Positions 7,699-18,958 of a stretch of DNA of 64,000 nucleotides are shown here, piece after piece. The translations under genes were made by a program, and so were the position numbers. Each line of letters starts with the position of its first letter. Position 1 is the stretch's first letter. Source of the stretch: Acetatifactor sp. (GTDB lineage Bacteria; Bacillota; Clostridia; Lachnospirales; Lachnospiraceae); assembly GCA_045124375.1 (NCBI GenBank), contig JBGVLR010000187.1, forward strand, positions 8,848 through 72,847, read 5' to 3'. The notes under the pieces are model-generated. The model ran no database searches and was not told where the DNA came from. It saw nothing but the letters and a program-made list of their open reading frames with translations.

Positions 7699-8985
7699 AT
7701 GAGTTTACAGGTAGAAAAATTAGAAAAGAACATGGCCAAGCTGACCATCGAAGTGTCTGCTGAAGAGCTGGAGAAAGCTATCCAGGGCGCTTATCTGAAG
7801 AACAAGAACAAGATCAACATCCCGGGCTTCCGTAAGGGCAAAGCTCCCCGCAAGATGATCGAGCAGATGTATGGTAAGGAAGTATTCTATGAGGATGCTG
7901 CCAACGCTCTGATTCCTGAAGCATATGAGAAGGCTCTGGAAGAGTGCACTGAGGAGATCGTATCTTCTCCCAAGATTGATGTTACCCAGTTAGAGGCAGG
8001 TAAGCCTTTCATCTTTACCGCAGAAGTAGCATTAAAGCCTGAAGTAACCCTGGGTACCTACAAGGGTGTGAAAGTAGCTAAGGCTGAAGTTGAAGTAACT
8101 GATGCAGAAGTAGATGCAGAAGTTGAGAAAGAGAGAGAGAAGAACTCCAGAACCGTTAGTGTAACAGACAGAGCTGTAAAAGACGGCGATATGACTGTTA
8201 TCGATTTCGAAGGCTTCGTTGACGGCGTTGCTTTTGAAGGCGGCAAGGGTGAGAACTATCCTCTGACCATCGGTTCCGGCGCATTCATTCCCGGATTCGA
8301 AGAGGCTCTGATCGGTGCTGAGATCGGTGTTGAAACCGATGTTAACGTAACCTTCCCTGAAGAGTATCAGGCTGAAGAACTGGCTGGCAAGCCTGCAGTA
8401 TTCAAGTGCACTGTAAAAGAGATCAAAGAGAAAGAGCTTCCTGAACTGAACGATGAGTTCGCAGGCGAAGTTTCCGAGTTCGAGACTCTGGCTGAGTACA
8501 AGGAAGATGTTAAGAAGAAACTGGCTGAGAAGAAAGAGACCGAAGCTAAGAACATGAAGGAAGACGCTGTTGTTGATGCTATCATCGCTGAAGCACAGAT
8601 GGAGATTCCCGATGCTATGGTTGAGACCCAGCAGAGACAGATGGTTGAGGATTTCGCTCAGAGAATCCAGTCCCAGGGTATTACCATGGACCAGTATATG
8701 CAGTTCACCGGTCTGACAGCAGCTAAGCTGATGGATCAGGTTAAGCCTCAGGCTCTGAAGAGAATCCAGTCCCGTCTTGTTCTGGAAGCAGTAGTAGCTG
8801 CTGAAGAGATGACTGCAACCGAAGAAGAGTTCGATGCAGAAGTAGCTAAGATGGCTGAAGCTTACAAGATGGAAGCTGACAAGGTAAAAGAACTGTTAGG
8901 TGAAAACGGCAAGAAGCAGGTTATGGAAGATATCTGCATCGGCAAGGCTGTAGAGCTGGTAGTCAGCAGCGCAGTAGAGGAGTAA
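7699..8985 (+). CDS. tig: Trigger factor
   Basis: IPGFRKGKAP ribosome-binding motif, FKBP domain, upstream of clpPX. Confidence 0.98.
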   Translation: MSLQVEKLEKNMAKLTIEVSAEELEKAIQGAYLKNKNKINIPGFRKGKAPRKMIEQMYGKEVFYEDAANALIPEAYEKALEECTEEIVSSPKIDVTQLEAGKPFIFTAEVALKPEVTLGTYKGVKVAKAEVEVTDAEVDAEVEKEREKNSRTVSVTDRAVKDGDMTVIDFEGFVDGVAFEGGKGENYPLTIGSGAFIPGFEEALIGAEIGVETDVNVTFPEEYQAEELAGKPAVFKCTVKEIKEKELPELNDEFAGEVSEFETLAEYKEDVKKKLAEKKETEAKNMKEDAVVDAIIAEAQMEIPDAMVETQQRQMVEDFAQRIQSQGITMDQYMQFTGLTAAKLMDQVKPQALKRIQSRLVLEAVVAAEEMTATEEEFDAEVAKMAEAYKMEADKVKELLGENGKKQVMEDICIGKAVELVVSSAVEE

Positions 8986-9020
8986 TATTCGGAGTGTTTC
9001 CGAAGAGATAGATACCGAAT

Positions 9021-9062
9021 CATAAACAGAGGATTAAGTTTTTCTTAAATCCTCTGTTTATG
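9021..9062 (+). terminator. Terminator hairpin after tig
   Basis: CATAAACAGAGGATT...AATCCTCTGTTTATG. Confidence 0.75.
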
Positions 9063-9195
9063 GTTGAAAAATGTGAATCAGTAGGATACACTAGCGTATA
9101 GAAAGTCATCTTTCCATGAATACTTTATAGAGAATGAATGATCATGAGATGACGGGGCCATTGGCCAAAGGAAAGAGAAGATGGAGGAATCAGAA

Positions 9196-9789
9196 ATGAG
9201 TTTAGTACCTTACGTCGTTGAGCAAACAAGCAAGGGTGAAAGATCCTACGATATTTATTCAAGACTTTTAAAAGACAGAATTATTTTTTTGGGCGAAGAA
9301 GTGAATGAAACGACAGCCAGCCTGGTTGTAGCACAGCTTCTGTTCCTGGAGGCAGAGGATCCTGAGAAGGATATTCATCTGTACATCAATAGCCCGGGCG
9401 GAAGTGTCACTGCAGGTATGGCCATTTATGATACCATGAACTATATTAAATGTGATGTGTCTACCGTATGTATCGGTATGGCAGCAAGCATGGGTGCTTT
9501 CCTGCTTGCAGGCGGTGCCAAGGGCAAGAGATATGCACTGCCCAATGCAGAGATCATGATTCATCAGCCGCTTGGTGGAACCCAGGGACAGGCAACTGAG
9601 ATTGAGATCGCAGCCAAGCACATCTTAAAGACCAAAGAGAAATTAAACCGTATCCTGGCTGAGAATACCGGCAGAGATTATGAGACCATCTGTGCCGATA
9701 CCGAGCGTGATAACTGGAAGAGCGCTGAGGAAGCCTGTGCTTACGGGTTGATCGATAAAGTGATTGCATCTCATGCAGCACAGGAATAA
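9196..9789 (+). CDS. clpP: Clp protease proteolytic subunit
   Basis: [30 protein letters not shown]; ATG 9196 after GGAGG. Confidence 0.98.
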   Translation: MSLVPYVVEQTSKGERSYDIYSRLLKDRIIFLGEEVNETTASLVVAQLLFLEAEDPEKDIHLYINSPGGSVTAGMAIYDTMNYIKCDVSTVCIGMAASMGAFLLAGGAKGKRYALPNAEIMIHQPLGGTQGQATEIEIAAKHILKTKEKLNRILAENTGRDYETICADTERDNWKSAEEACAYGLIDKVIASHAAQE

Positions 9790-9812
9790 AAGCTTGAGAC
9801 AGGAGTAGAGGG

Positions 9813-11078
<1,266 letters not shown>

Positions 11079-11083
11079 GTAGG

Positions 11084-11113
11084 AAACGCCGCTGGATTCC
11101 AGCGGCGTTTGTT
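11084..11113 (+). terminator. Intrinsic terminator after clpX
   Basis: AAACGCCGCTGGA-T-TCCAGCGGCGTTT. Confidence 0.85.
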
Positions 11114-11221
11114 GTCATGAGGAAAATTGCTCCGCATTATTTTTAACATGATAGGAAAGTTCTCTTGTCATCATAAGGCCCCGTAAGCGGCACCATAATA
11201 CAGTGAAAAACGGAGACGAAA

Positions 11222-13567
11222 ATGGATAATGAAATGATAACGACAAAAATACCGGCGGTGGCACTGAGAGGACTTACCATCCTGCCGGATATGATAATAC
11301 ATTTTGATTTAAGCAGATCTAAGTCCATCAAGGCAGTCGAGCAGGCCATGATGGTGGATGAGAAAGTGATGCTGGTGACCCAGAAGAACCCGGACGAAGA
11401 AGAACCGGGTTACGAAGATGTGTATCATGTGGGCACCATTGCTACGGTAAAACAGGTGAACAAGCTTCCCAACAGTATCGTGAGAGTATTGGTGGAAGGA
11501 CAGAGCAGAGGTACATTGCTTGGTTTCCGACCTGAGTCAGAGGAGTTTCTGTTAGCTGAAGTGCAGGAGATTCCCACCTGCGAAGGGGAACTGGATGATG
11601 TGACTGAGGAAGCCATGATCAGACAGCTGGCAGAACTGTTCGGTGGATATAGCAAATATTATCCCAAGATTGGCCGCAGTATTGAGAAGCAGTTCCAGGT
11701 ACAGAAGAGTCTGGAAAAGCTGATCGATCTGATTACCATGAGCATGCCCCTTTCTTTTTCTTCCAAGCAGAAAGTGCTGGAATTGCCTACGGTAACAGAG
11801 CGATTTGATTATCTGGCAGGAGTGCTTTATAATGAAATTGAGATCGCCCGTGTGAAAGTGGAGCTGAGCGAGAAAGTAAAGGGACGGGTAGAGAAGAACC
11901 AGAAGGAATACCTGCTGCGGGAGCAGTTAAATTATATCCGACAGGAACTGGGAGAAGACGGCGGATTCTCCGATGTGGAGCAGTTCGAGGAAGCACTTTC
12001 CAAGCTGAAGGCTAAGAAAGAGGTAAAAGAGCGCATCCGGAAAGAGATTTCCCGTTTCAAGAGCCTGGCCCCCAACAGTGGGGAAGCTTCTGTAGAACGT
12101 GGCTACATAGAGACGCTGCTTGAGATGCCATGGGATAAGATGTCCAAGGATAATACGGACATTGCCAGAGCGGAGCAGATTCTGGAGGAGCAGCATTACG
12201 GACTGGAACAGGTAAAGGAAAGAATCCTGGAATTTCTGGCAGTAAGAAGCCTGACCAAACAGGGCGACAGCCCTATTATCTGTCTGGTGGGACCGCCCGG
12301 AACCGGTAAGACCTCCATCGCAAGAAGCGTAGCAGAAGCATTGGATAAAAAATATGTGCGCATCAGCCTTGGCGGTGTGCGGGATGAAGCAGAGATCAGA
12401 GGACACAGAAAGACGTATGTGGGAGCCATGCCCGGAAGAATAGCCGGTGCTTTAAAGCAGGCAGGAGTGAAGAATCCGCTGATGCTTTTAGATGAAATAG
12501 ATAAGGTGAGCAGCGATTACAAGGGTGATACTTCTGCGGCTCTTCTGGAAGTACTGGACAGCGAACAAAACAGCCGGTTCCGTGATCACTATATCGAGAT
12601 TCCCATCGATTTATCAGAGGTGCTTTTTATTGCTACGGCCAATACGACTTCCACGATACCCAGGCCCCTTCTGGATCGTATGGAGATTATAGAAGTCACC
12701 AGCTATACGGCCAATGAGAAGTTCCACATAGCCAAGGATCATCTGATTCCCAAGCAATGGAAGAAGAATGGTCTGAACAACGACCAGCTTTCCATCAGCG
12801 ATAAGGCACTTCGCGCACTGATAGACGGCTATACCAGAGAGGCCGGTGTCAGGGATCTGGAGAGAAAGCTGGGTGAAATCTGCAGAAAGGCAGCCAGAGA
12901 GATCCTGAAGAAACCGGAAAGTCATATCAAAGTGACAGGGCAGAATCTGGAGAAATATCTGGGGCATGTGAAGTTTACGGCGGAGAAACGCAACCTCACG
13001 GATGAGGTCGGAATTGTCAGGGGGCTGGCATGGACCAGTGTGGGCGGCGATACCCTGCAGATAGAAGTGAATGTGATGCCCGGTAAAGGAGATATTGATC
13101 TGACGGGGCAGATGGGCGATGTCATGAAAGAATCTGCTATCATTGGTATGAGCTATGTCCGTTCTATCAGTAAAAAATATCATGTGAAAGAAGATGTGTT
13201 CCGCAAGAATGATTTTCACATTCACATTCCGGAAGGAGCAGTGCCTAAGGACGGCCCCAGTGCCGGCGTCACCATGGCTACGGCATTGATGTCTGCGGTG
13301 ACGGGAATTCCTGTTCGGGCAGATGTGGCTATGACAGGAGAAATCACCTTAAGAGGCCGCGTGCTTCCGATCGGTGGCCTGAAAGAAAAGCTTCTGGCCG
13401 CGAAAATTGCAGGCATGAGGAAAGTCCTGGTGCCGGAAGAAAATCGCCCTGATGTGGAAGAAATTTCCAGAGAGATCAAGGGCGGAATGGACATTGTTTT
13501 TGTAGACAATATGACTCAGGTGCTGGAACATGCACTGGTGAAAGTGCCGGAGGGCAGAAAGGAGTAG
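11222..13567 (+). CDS. lon: Endopeptidase La
   Basis: GPPGTGKT, PKDGPSAG catalytic Ser, IGGLKEK. Confidence 0.98.
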   Translation: MDNEMITTKIPAVALRGLTILPDMIIHFDLSRSKSIKAVEQAMMVDEKVMLVTQKNPDEEEPGYEDVYHVGTIATVKQVNKLPNSIVRVLVEGQSRGTLLGFRPESEEFLLAEVQEIPTCEGELDDVTEEAMIRQLAELFGGYSKYYPKIGRSIEKQFQVQKSLEKLIDLITMSMPLSFSSKQKVLELPTVTERFDYLAGVLYNEIEIARVKVELSEKVKGRVEKNQKEYLLREQLNYIRQELGEDGGFSDVEQFEEALSKLKAKKEVKERIRKEISRFKSLAPNSGEASVERGYIETLLEMPWDKMSKDNTDIARAEQILEEQHYGLEQVKERILEFLAVRSLTKQGDSPIICLVGPPGTGKTSIARSVAEALDKKYVRISLGGVRDEAEIRGHRKTYVGAMPGRIAGALKQAGVKNPLMLLDEIDKVSSDYKGDTSAALLEVLDSEQNSRFRDHYIEIPIDLSEVLFIATANTTSTIPRPLLDRMEIIEVTSYTANEKFHIAKDHLIPKQWKKNGLNNDQLSISDKALRALIDGYTREAGVRDLERKLGEICRKAAREILKKPESHIKVTGQNLEKYLGHVKFTAEKRNLTDEVGIVRGLAWTSVGGDTLQIEVNVMPGKGDIDLTGQMGDVMKESAIIGMSYVRSISKKYHVKEDVFRKNDFHIHIPEGAVPKDGPSAGVTMATALMSAVTGIPVRADVAMTGEITLRGRVLPIGGLKEKLLAAKIAGMRKVLVPEENRPDVEEISREIKGGMDIVFVDNMTQVLEHALVKVPEGRKE

Positions 13568-13571
13568 GTCT

Positions 13572-14198
13572 ATGGTTATCAAACAGGTAAGTCTGGAAAC
13601 CGTATGCGGTATCACCAGCAAGCTGCCGGATTCTCCCCACCCGGAAGTGGCTTTTGCGGGAAAAAGTAATGTAGGAAAGTCATCGTTGATCAATGCGTTA
13701 ATGAACCGCAAGTCTTTGGCCCGTACCAGTGCCCAGCCGGGCAAAACGCAGACCATTAACTATTATAATGTAAATGATGCAGTGTATTTTGTGGACCTGC
13801 CGGGATACGGCTATGCCAAGGCAAGTGAGGAAGTAAAGGCAAAATGGGGCAAGATGATAGAAGATTACCTTCATAAGTCCAAACAGCTGAAAGCAGTTTT
13901 CCTGCTTATTGACATTCGCCATGAGCCTTCCGGGAATGACCGCATTATGTATGACTGGATTGTCAATCAGGGATACCATCCCATTATCATTGCTACCAAG
14001 CTGGATAAGATCAACCGCAGCCAGATTCAGAAGCAGGTGAAGCTGATCAAGACCACGCTGCAGGTAGAACCGGATACTGTTATCATTCCTTTCTCCGCTG
14101 AGACGAAGCAGGGCAGAGAGGAAATCTATGACATCATTGATGCCATTATTGAGCAGGAGGCTTTAGCGTATGGAGTCACCGATGAGGAAGTATTGTAA
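13572..14198 (+). CDS. engB: Ribosome biogenesis GTPase YihA/YsxC
   Basis: GKSNVGKSS, DLPGYG, TKLD; canonical position after lon. Confidence 0.96.
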   Translation: MVIKQVSLETVCGITSKLPDSPHPEVAFAGKSNVGKSSLINALMNRKSLARTSAQPGKTQTINYYNVNDAVYFVDLPGYGYAKASEEVKAKWGKMIEDYLHKSKQLKAVFLLIDIRHEPSGNDRIMYDWIVNQGYHPIIIATKLDKINRSQIQKQVKLIKTTLQVEPDTVIIPFSAETKQGREEIYDIIDAIIEQEALAYGVTDEEVL

Positions 14199-15402
14199 GG
14201 CGCTGGTAAATTTAGCAATTGCAGTTGTAACACTGCTTTTAACCATTTTCCTGCTGCCGAAGATCCTGATTTTCTTTATTCCCTTTGTGATTGGCTGGAT
14301 CATCTCTCTGATCGCCAGTCCGCTGGTGCGCTTTTTTGAGGAAAAGATGAAGCTGAAAAGGAAGGCGGGAAGTGCATTTGTTATCGTTGTGGTTATCGGT
14401 CTGGTAGTGACAGGACTTTACCTGGCTGGTTCCAAGCTGGTGGATGAAATTATAGGACTTGTGAATGCGCTGCCATCTATGTGGGAAGGGCTGGAAGCAG
14501 ACTTTGCGGATATCGGCAAGCGGCTCAATGTCTTTTATACCAGGCTGCCGCTGAATGTTCAGGAGAGCCTGACAGGTATTCTGGAAGAAGCGAATACCTA
14601 CATAGGAGATTTCCTGGGACGCATCAGCTCTCCTACCATAGCAATTGTGGGAAATATTGCAAAACAGGTACCGTCCGTACTGATAGGTATCATTATGTGT
14701 CTGCTTTCCTCCTATTTCTTTGTAGCAGACAGAAATGTTGTCAATGAATGGGTACACAACCATACCCCCAGATCCTTGTCAGAACGGTATTCTATGATAA
14801 AGCGCAGCCTGGTGAAATCAGTGGGAGGCTACTTTAAAGCCCAGTTGAAGATAGAAGTGTGGATGTACCTTTTGCTGGTTATCGGGCTGAGCATCCTGAA
14901 GGTAGATTATGTGCTTCTGATCGCTTTGGGAATTGCTATTCTGGATCTGCTGCCTTTTTTCGGAACCGGTACGGTTATGATACCATGGGCCATTATTAAG
15001 ATATTAAGTGGTGATTACGAGGTGGCAATTGGTCTTTTGATCATCTGGGGTTTCGGACAGCTGGCAAGGCAGATCATACAACCCAAGATTGTGGGAGATT
15101 CTATGGGAGTACCGCCTCTTCCCACACTCTTTCTGCTGTTCATCGGCTATAAGCTGGGTGGTGTGATCGGAATGATCGTGGCTGTACCACTCGGAATCCT
15201 TTTTTATACAATGTATCAGGAGGGAGCATTTGATACCACCAAGAACAGCGTGTTGATATTGATAGCCGGTATCGATCATTTTCGAAAACTGAAGCCTCAG
15301 GATCTGGAAGAGGTGGAGGATATGAAAGCTGCAGAAAGAACAGATGAATGCGGTATGAATGCTTCGGAGTCAGGCAGAAGAAAAGAAAGGATAGGAAAAT
15401 GA
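14170..15402 (+). CDS. ytvI: Sporulation integral membrane protein YtvI (AI-2E family)
   Basis: Multi-TM; GGYFKAQ, DLLPFFGTG, RQIIQPKIVG. Confidence 0.85.
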   Translation: MESPMRKYCKALVNLAIAVVTLLLTIFLLPKILIFFIPFVIGWIISLIASPLVRFFEEKMKLKRKAGSAFVIVVVIGLVVTGLYLAGSKLVDEIIGLVNALPSMWEGLEADFADIGKRLNVFYTRLPLNVQESLTGILEEANTYIGDFLGRISSPTIAIVGNIAKQVPSVLIGIIMCLLSSYFFVADRNVVNEWVHNHTPRSLSERYSMIKRSLVKSVGGYFKAQLKIEVWMYLLLVIGLSILKVDYVLLIALGIAILDLLPFFGTGTVMIPWAIIKILSGDYEVAIGLLIIWGFGQLARQIIQPKIVGDSMGVPPLPTLFLLFIGYKLGGVIGMIVAVPLGILFYTMYQEGAFDTTKNSVLILIAGIDHFRKLKPQDLEEVEDMKAAERTDECGMNASESGRRKERIGK

Positions 15403-16136
15403 GAAATATCCGTTTGCTGGTTCAGTATGAAGGAACTCGATATCAGGGATGGCAGCGTCAGGAGTCTTCTGAAAATACCATTCAGGGACGCCTGGAAAAG
15501 CTGCTTAGTCAGATGTGTGGTGAAAAGATAGAACTGCAGGGCAGCGGCAGGACCGATGCCGGTGTCCATGCCATGGGGCAGGTGGCAAATTTTCATACTG
15601 AGAGTACGCTGTCCACAGAGGAAATGCTGGAATATATCAACACTTATCTTCCGCAGGATATTGCAGTCATTCAGGTAACAGAGGCTGCAGAGCGTTTTCA
15701 CAGCAGGCTGAACGCAGCAGGAAAATGCTATCAGTACCGTGTGTGGAACAGCGCAGTGCCAGATGTATTCTTACGAAGATATGCGCTGGAATATTCCCAG
15801 ATGCTTGACATCGAGGCAATGAAGCAGGCTGCCTCCCTGCTCCTGGGAGAGCATGATTTCAAGTCCTTTACTTCCACGAAGAAAGGAAAGAAGTCGACCG
15901 TTCGGCGGATTGACGATATTGATATTGTACGGGAAGGGAATCTTCTGACCTTTACATTTACAGGAAACGGCTTTCTTTACCATATGGTCAGGATTCTGAT
16001 GGGAACATTGCTTGAAGTGGGAGAAGGAAAGCGCTCCGCAGGCTCCATACCGGAGCTGATCGCCTGTAAAAATAGGGAACAGGCGGGTCCGCTGGTTCCT
16101 GCAAAAGGACTTACGCTGAAAGAGGTATACTATTGA
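15399..16136 (+). CDS. truA: tRNA pseudouridine(38-40) synthase
   Basis: YEGTRYQGWQ, GSGRTDAGVHA, GFLYHMVR. Confidence 0.96.
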   Translation: MRNIRLLVQYEGTRYQGWQRQESSENTIQGRLEKLLSQMCGEKIELQGSGRTDAGVHAMGQVANFHTESTLSTEEMLEYINTYLPQDIAVIQVTEAAERFHSRLNAAGKCYQYRVWNSAVPDVFLRRYALEYSQMLDIEAMKQAASLLLGEHDFKSFTSTKKGKKSTVRRIDDIDIVREGNLLTFTFTGNGFLYHMVRILMGTLLEVGEGKRSAGSIPELIACKNREQAGPLVPAKGLTLKEVYY

Positions 16137-16152
16137 GGTATGCCTCTTTTTA
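16120..16152 (+). terminator. Terminator overlapping the truA stop
   Basis: AAAGAGGTATAC...GTATGCCTCTTTTT. Confidence 0.7.
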
Positions 16153-16190
16153 CTTTTAATTATAAAATTTTTATAAAAAATCCAATTTTA

Positions 16191-16219
16191 TGAAACTATA
16201 AGAGGCTTTTTGGCGTCTA
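16191..16219 (+). promoter_or_regulatory. ECF-type promoter candidate
   Basis: TGAAAC-17 nt-CGTCTA upstream of the ECF sigma gene. Confidence 0.55.
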
Positions 16220-16332
16220 TTAATTAGAAGAACAAAATTTCCCTGAAAAATTTTCAAAAAGTATGCAGTAAAATGATATCCTGTGGGATGTTATAAGTAG
16301 AAAAAACGTTTAGCGCAAAACGGAAGAGTAAA

Positions 16333-16842
16333 ATGATACAAGTGAAAATTGACCAGTATTCGGATATGCTTTTTAAGATAGCATATTTGAGACTTAAAAG
16401 TGTCCAGGATGCTGAAGATGTGGTTCAGGAGGTCTTTTATCAATATCTGAAGAGGACAGATGGGTTCTCAGATGAGGAACATGAGAAAGCCTGGCTGATC
16501 AGAGTGACATTGAATGCCTGCAGAAAAGTTTGGCGGAGTGCCTGGAATCGTCACCGAAGTGACGAAGATGTTGTTTTATATGAGAATTTTGCAGATGAAA
16601 GCTCTCAGCCGGGACCGGAAGACAATCTGGTAGCTGAGGATGAGAGCAGGATACTTTTGGAAGCAGTGGGGACGCTGCCGGTAAAGTATCGTGATGTGAT
16701 TCACCTGTTTTATTATGAAGAGATGTCTGTGAAAGAGATAGCAGAGGCAACTGGCCGAAAGGAGTCTACAGTGACTTCACAGCTGACAAGAGGGCGGGAA
16801 CTGCTTCGCAGAAAATTAAAGGAGGAATATGATTTTGCGTAA
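16333..16842 (+). CDS. ECF RNA polymerase sigma factor
   Basis: DAEDVVQEVF, KAWLIRV, region 4 MSVKEIA...TVTSQLTRGR. Confidence 0.95.
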   Translation: MIQVKIDQYSDMLFKIAYLRLKSVQDAEDVVQEVFYQYLKRTDGFSDEEHEKAWLIRVTLNACRKVWRSAWNRHRSDEDVVLYENFADESSQPGPEDNLVAEDESRILLEAVGTLPVKYRDVIHLFYYEEMSVKEIAEATGRKESTVTSQLTRGRELLRRKLKEEYDFA

Positions 16843-17758
16843 TTTCAGGGAAGAATACAAAAAATCAGTTGGGGAATTACCCGAATTTCATATGGATGCC
16901 GACAGGGTACAGGATGAGCTTCACCATCGCAGGATGGTGGCCGCCAGAAGGCGTAAGACAATGATCTCTGTAGCATCTGCAGCATGTCTGTTCCTTCTTT
17001 GCAGTGTGGGAACGGCAGCTGCCGTAAATTATCACTCCAGCCGGATCGAGGTGGAGAGAAACGGATTCTCCTTTCTGGGAGAGGGAGCAGTGGCCTGTGA
17101 TGAGGCAGAGGATGTACCGGAAATTGCTGCTTTTCGGGCAATACCTCAGGAAGAGCAGATAGCATCTTATGATCCTGCGAAGGATGCAGGCAGCGGAAAA
17201 GAGAAAGCGGCAGGCGAGACAAAGGAAGCGGAAGCTGCCGAAAACGATGGAAGAGAAAGTAAAGCAGTCAGTAAGGTATCCGTTGATACCATGGAATGTG
17301 AAGCAGAGTTAGTGGAAGAACGTGAATACGATTCTGTAGAGGCATTCAGGCAAAATGAAGATGTAGTCATTGCCATCCCGGAGATTGCATGGCTGGGGCA
17401 GCCTGAGGAAGTGGAAAGTCAGCTGGTGCTGGTTACTGACGCCATGCAGATGGTATATGTATCCATAGATTTTGGTGAGAAGCACTTTTTCATGCGGCAG
17501 ACAGATAACAGGGAGTATCCCAATTATGCTTCCAGTACTGTATATCCGGGAGAAGCAGTCAACGTGAGAGAAGTAGCCAATGAACAGGGGCTGGTATATC
17601 AGGTATTCGACTCTGTAGAGGACGGAGAGGTGATATCGACCCATGCAGCAATTTCTGTAAACGGAAGAGATTTAACTTTTAGCTTTTCCGGATATAAAAT
17701 TGACGAAGTTGATGCAGTTTTGAAACAATTGGATGTTAGTATATATTTTGTAGAGTAG
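16829..17758 (+). CDS. Probable membrane anti-sigma factor
   Basis: Overlaps the ECF gene; short N-terminus, one TM, large extracytoplasmic part. Confidence 0.7.
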   Translation: MILRNFREEYKKSVGELPEFHMDADRVQDELHHRRMVAARRRKTMISVASAACLFLLCSVGTAAAVNYHSSRIEVERNGFSFLGEGAVACDEAEDVPEIAAFRAIPQEEQIASYDPAKDAGSGKEKAAGETKEAEAAENDGRESKAVSKVSVDTMECEAELVEEREYDSVEAFRQNEDVVIAIPEIAWLGQPEEVESQLVLVTDAMQMVYVSIDFGEKHFFMRQTDNREYPNYASSTVYPGEAVNVREVANEQGLVYQVFDSVEDGEVISTHAAISVNGRDLTFSFSGYKIDEVDAVLKQLDVSIYFVE

Positions 17759-17823
17759 GAGTATTTTCATATATCAGGCTCACATGAGGAGAATAAGGGA
17801 ATCGTAGACAGAAAGGAGAACGA

Positions 17824-18537
17824 TTGATGAGTAACAGTACGGTTAATAACATACTGGTGTACAACAACAGTACGGGGATTGTTGAGAGCATGAGTCCATT
17901 ATTCATGGGGGAAGGATTTCGTGTGACAGCAGCGGGGGACTACAGAGAACTGATGGAAGCTCTGGAGGATCAGAACATACATCTTCTGATGATGGATGTG
18001 GAATTTCCGGATAAAGGCTTTATCAGTGGAATCGAGATGATCGCAGATATCAGAAAGAGGAGCAGTGTGCCAATTATCATCGTATCTGCCGATGCAACGG
18101 AAAGTACGAAGATCATGGCACTGAATGCAGGGGCAGACGATTACGTGACTGTTAACTGCAATCCACTGGAGATTCTGGCAAGGGTAAAATCACAGCTGCG
18201 TCGCTATACCCAGCTTGTAAATGTATGTGCCAATATTGACAGAATCTACAAAGTAGATGAACTGGTCATTGATGACATGAAGCGTAAGGTATCGGTAGAC
18301 GGTAAGGAAGTCAAGCTGACGCCCATTGAATACAAGATATTGAGACTTCTGGTACAGGAGAGGGGGAAAGTCTTGTCCATCAGTCAGATTTATGAATCCA
18401 TCTGGCATATGCAGGCCATCGGTGCGGATAATACCATTGCGGTACATATCCGTCATATCCGTGAGAAAATCGAGCGTAATCCCAAGGAGCCGCGTTATCT
18501 GAAGGTCGTGTGGGGAACCGGATATAAAATTGGATAA
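17824..18537 (+). CDS. OmpR-family response regulator with atypical receiver domain
   Basis: Winged helix LTPIEYKIL...VHIRHIREKIE...VWGTGY; receiver has YNN instead of VDD and VTVNC instead of xTKPF. Confidence 0.92.
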   Translation: MMSNSTVNNILVYNNSTGIVESMSPLFMGEGFRVTAAGDYRELMEALEDQNIHLLMMDVEFPDKGFISGIEMIADIRKRSSVPIIIVSADATESTKIMALNAGADDYVTVNCNPLEILARVKSQLRRYTQLVNVCANIDRIYKVDELVIDDMKRKVSVDGKEVKLTPIEYKILRLLVQERGKVLSISQIYESIWHMQAIGADNTIAVHIRHIREKIERNPKEPRYLKVVWGTGYKIG

Positions 18538-18574
18538 GAAGCAAAAGTAGAATAATAAGCAAAAGAGGAATCAG

Positions 18575-18610
18575 TAAACGGGGCTGTCGCATCAGTGATA
18601 GTCCCGTTTA
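18575..18610 (+). terminator. Terminator after the response regulator
   Basis: TAAACGGGGCTGTCGC...GTGATAGTCCCGTTTA. Confidence 0.7.
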
Positions 18611-18630
18611 TAGCAGATACCTGATGTGCA

Positions 18631-18795
18631 GTAACAGTTCAGACAACCCTGGACGTAGGCGCACAAATCATGCTCGCATGATTTTGCGCTTACGTCCAGG
18701 GTTGTACTGAGCGCCAGATCATGAGCAAAAATAGTCGCGAAGCGACGGAGAGCGCCGCAGGCGCAATTTTGCGAATGGCGCGTCTGAACTGTTAC
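18631..18795. mobile_element. 165-bp MITE-like element, subfamily A, complete
   Basis: 14-bp TIR GTAACAGTTCAGAC/GTCTGAACTGTTAC; perfect 8-bp flanking duplication GATGTGCA; near-identical inverted copy at 63661-63825. Confidence 0.9.
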
Positions 18796-18958
18796 GATGT
18801 GCACGATAAATAACAGATTCGTGCATAATCCAGGATTGACATTTTGCACAGAATGATTTATTGTATTAATCAAATAATACAAAAAAATGAGCTGAACGTA
18901 TTTTTTACGGTGTCGGCAAAACGGCACCGGATGGAAAGAATCCCGGGAGGACAAAGAA

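Noticed and set aside
18796-18841. ISLre2/TnGBS-style insertion 15-17 bp upstream of a -35 box
   Set aside because: TTGACA lies 40-41 bp from the element end at 18795 and 39214, and no clear promoter at that distance for the 63825 end.
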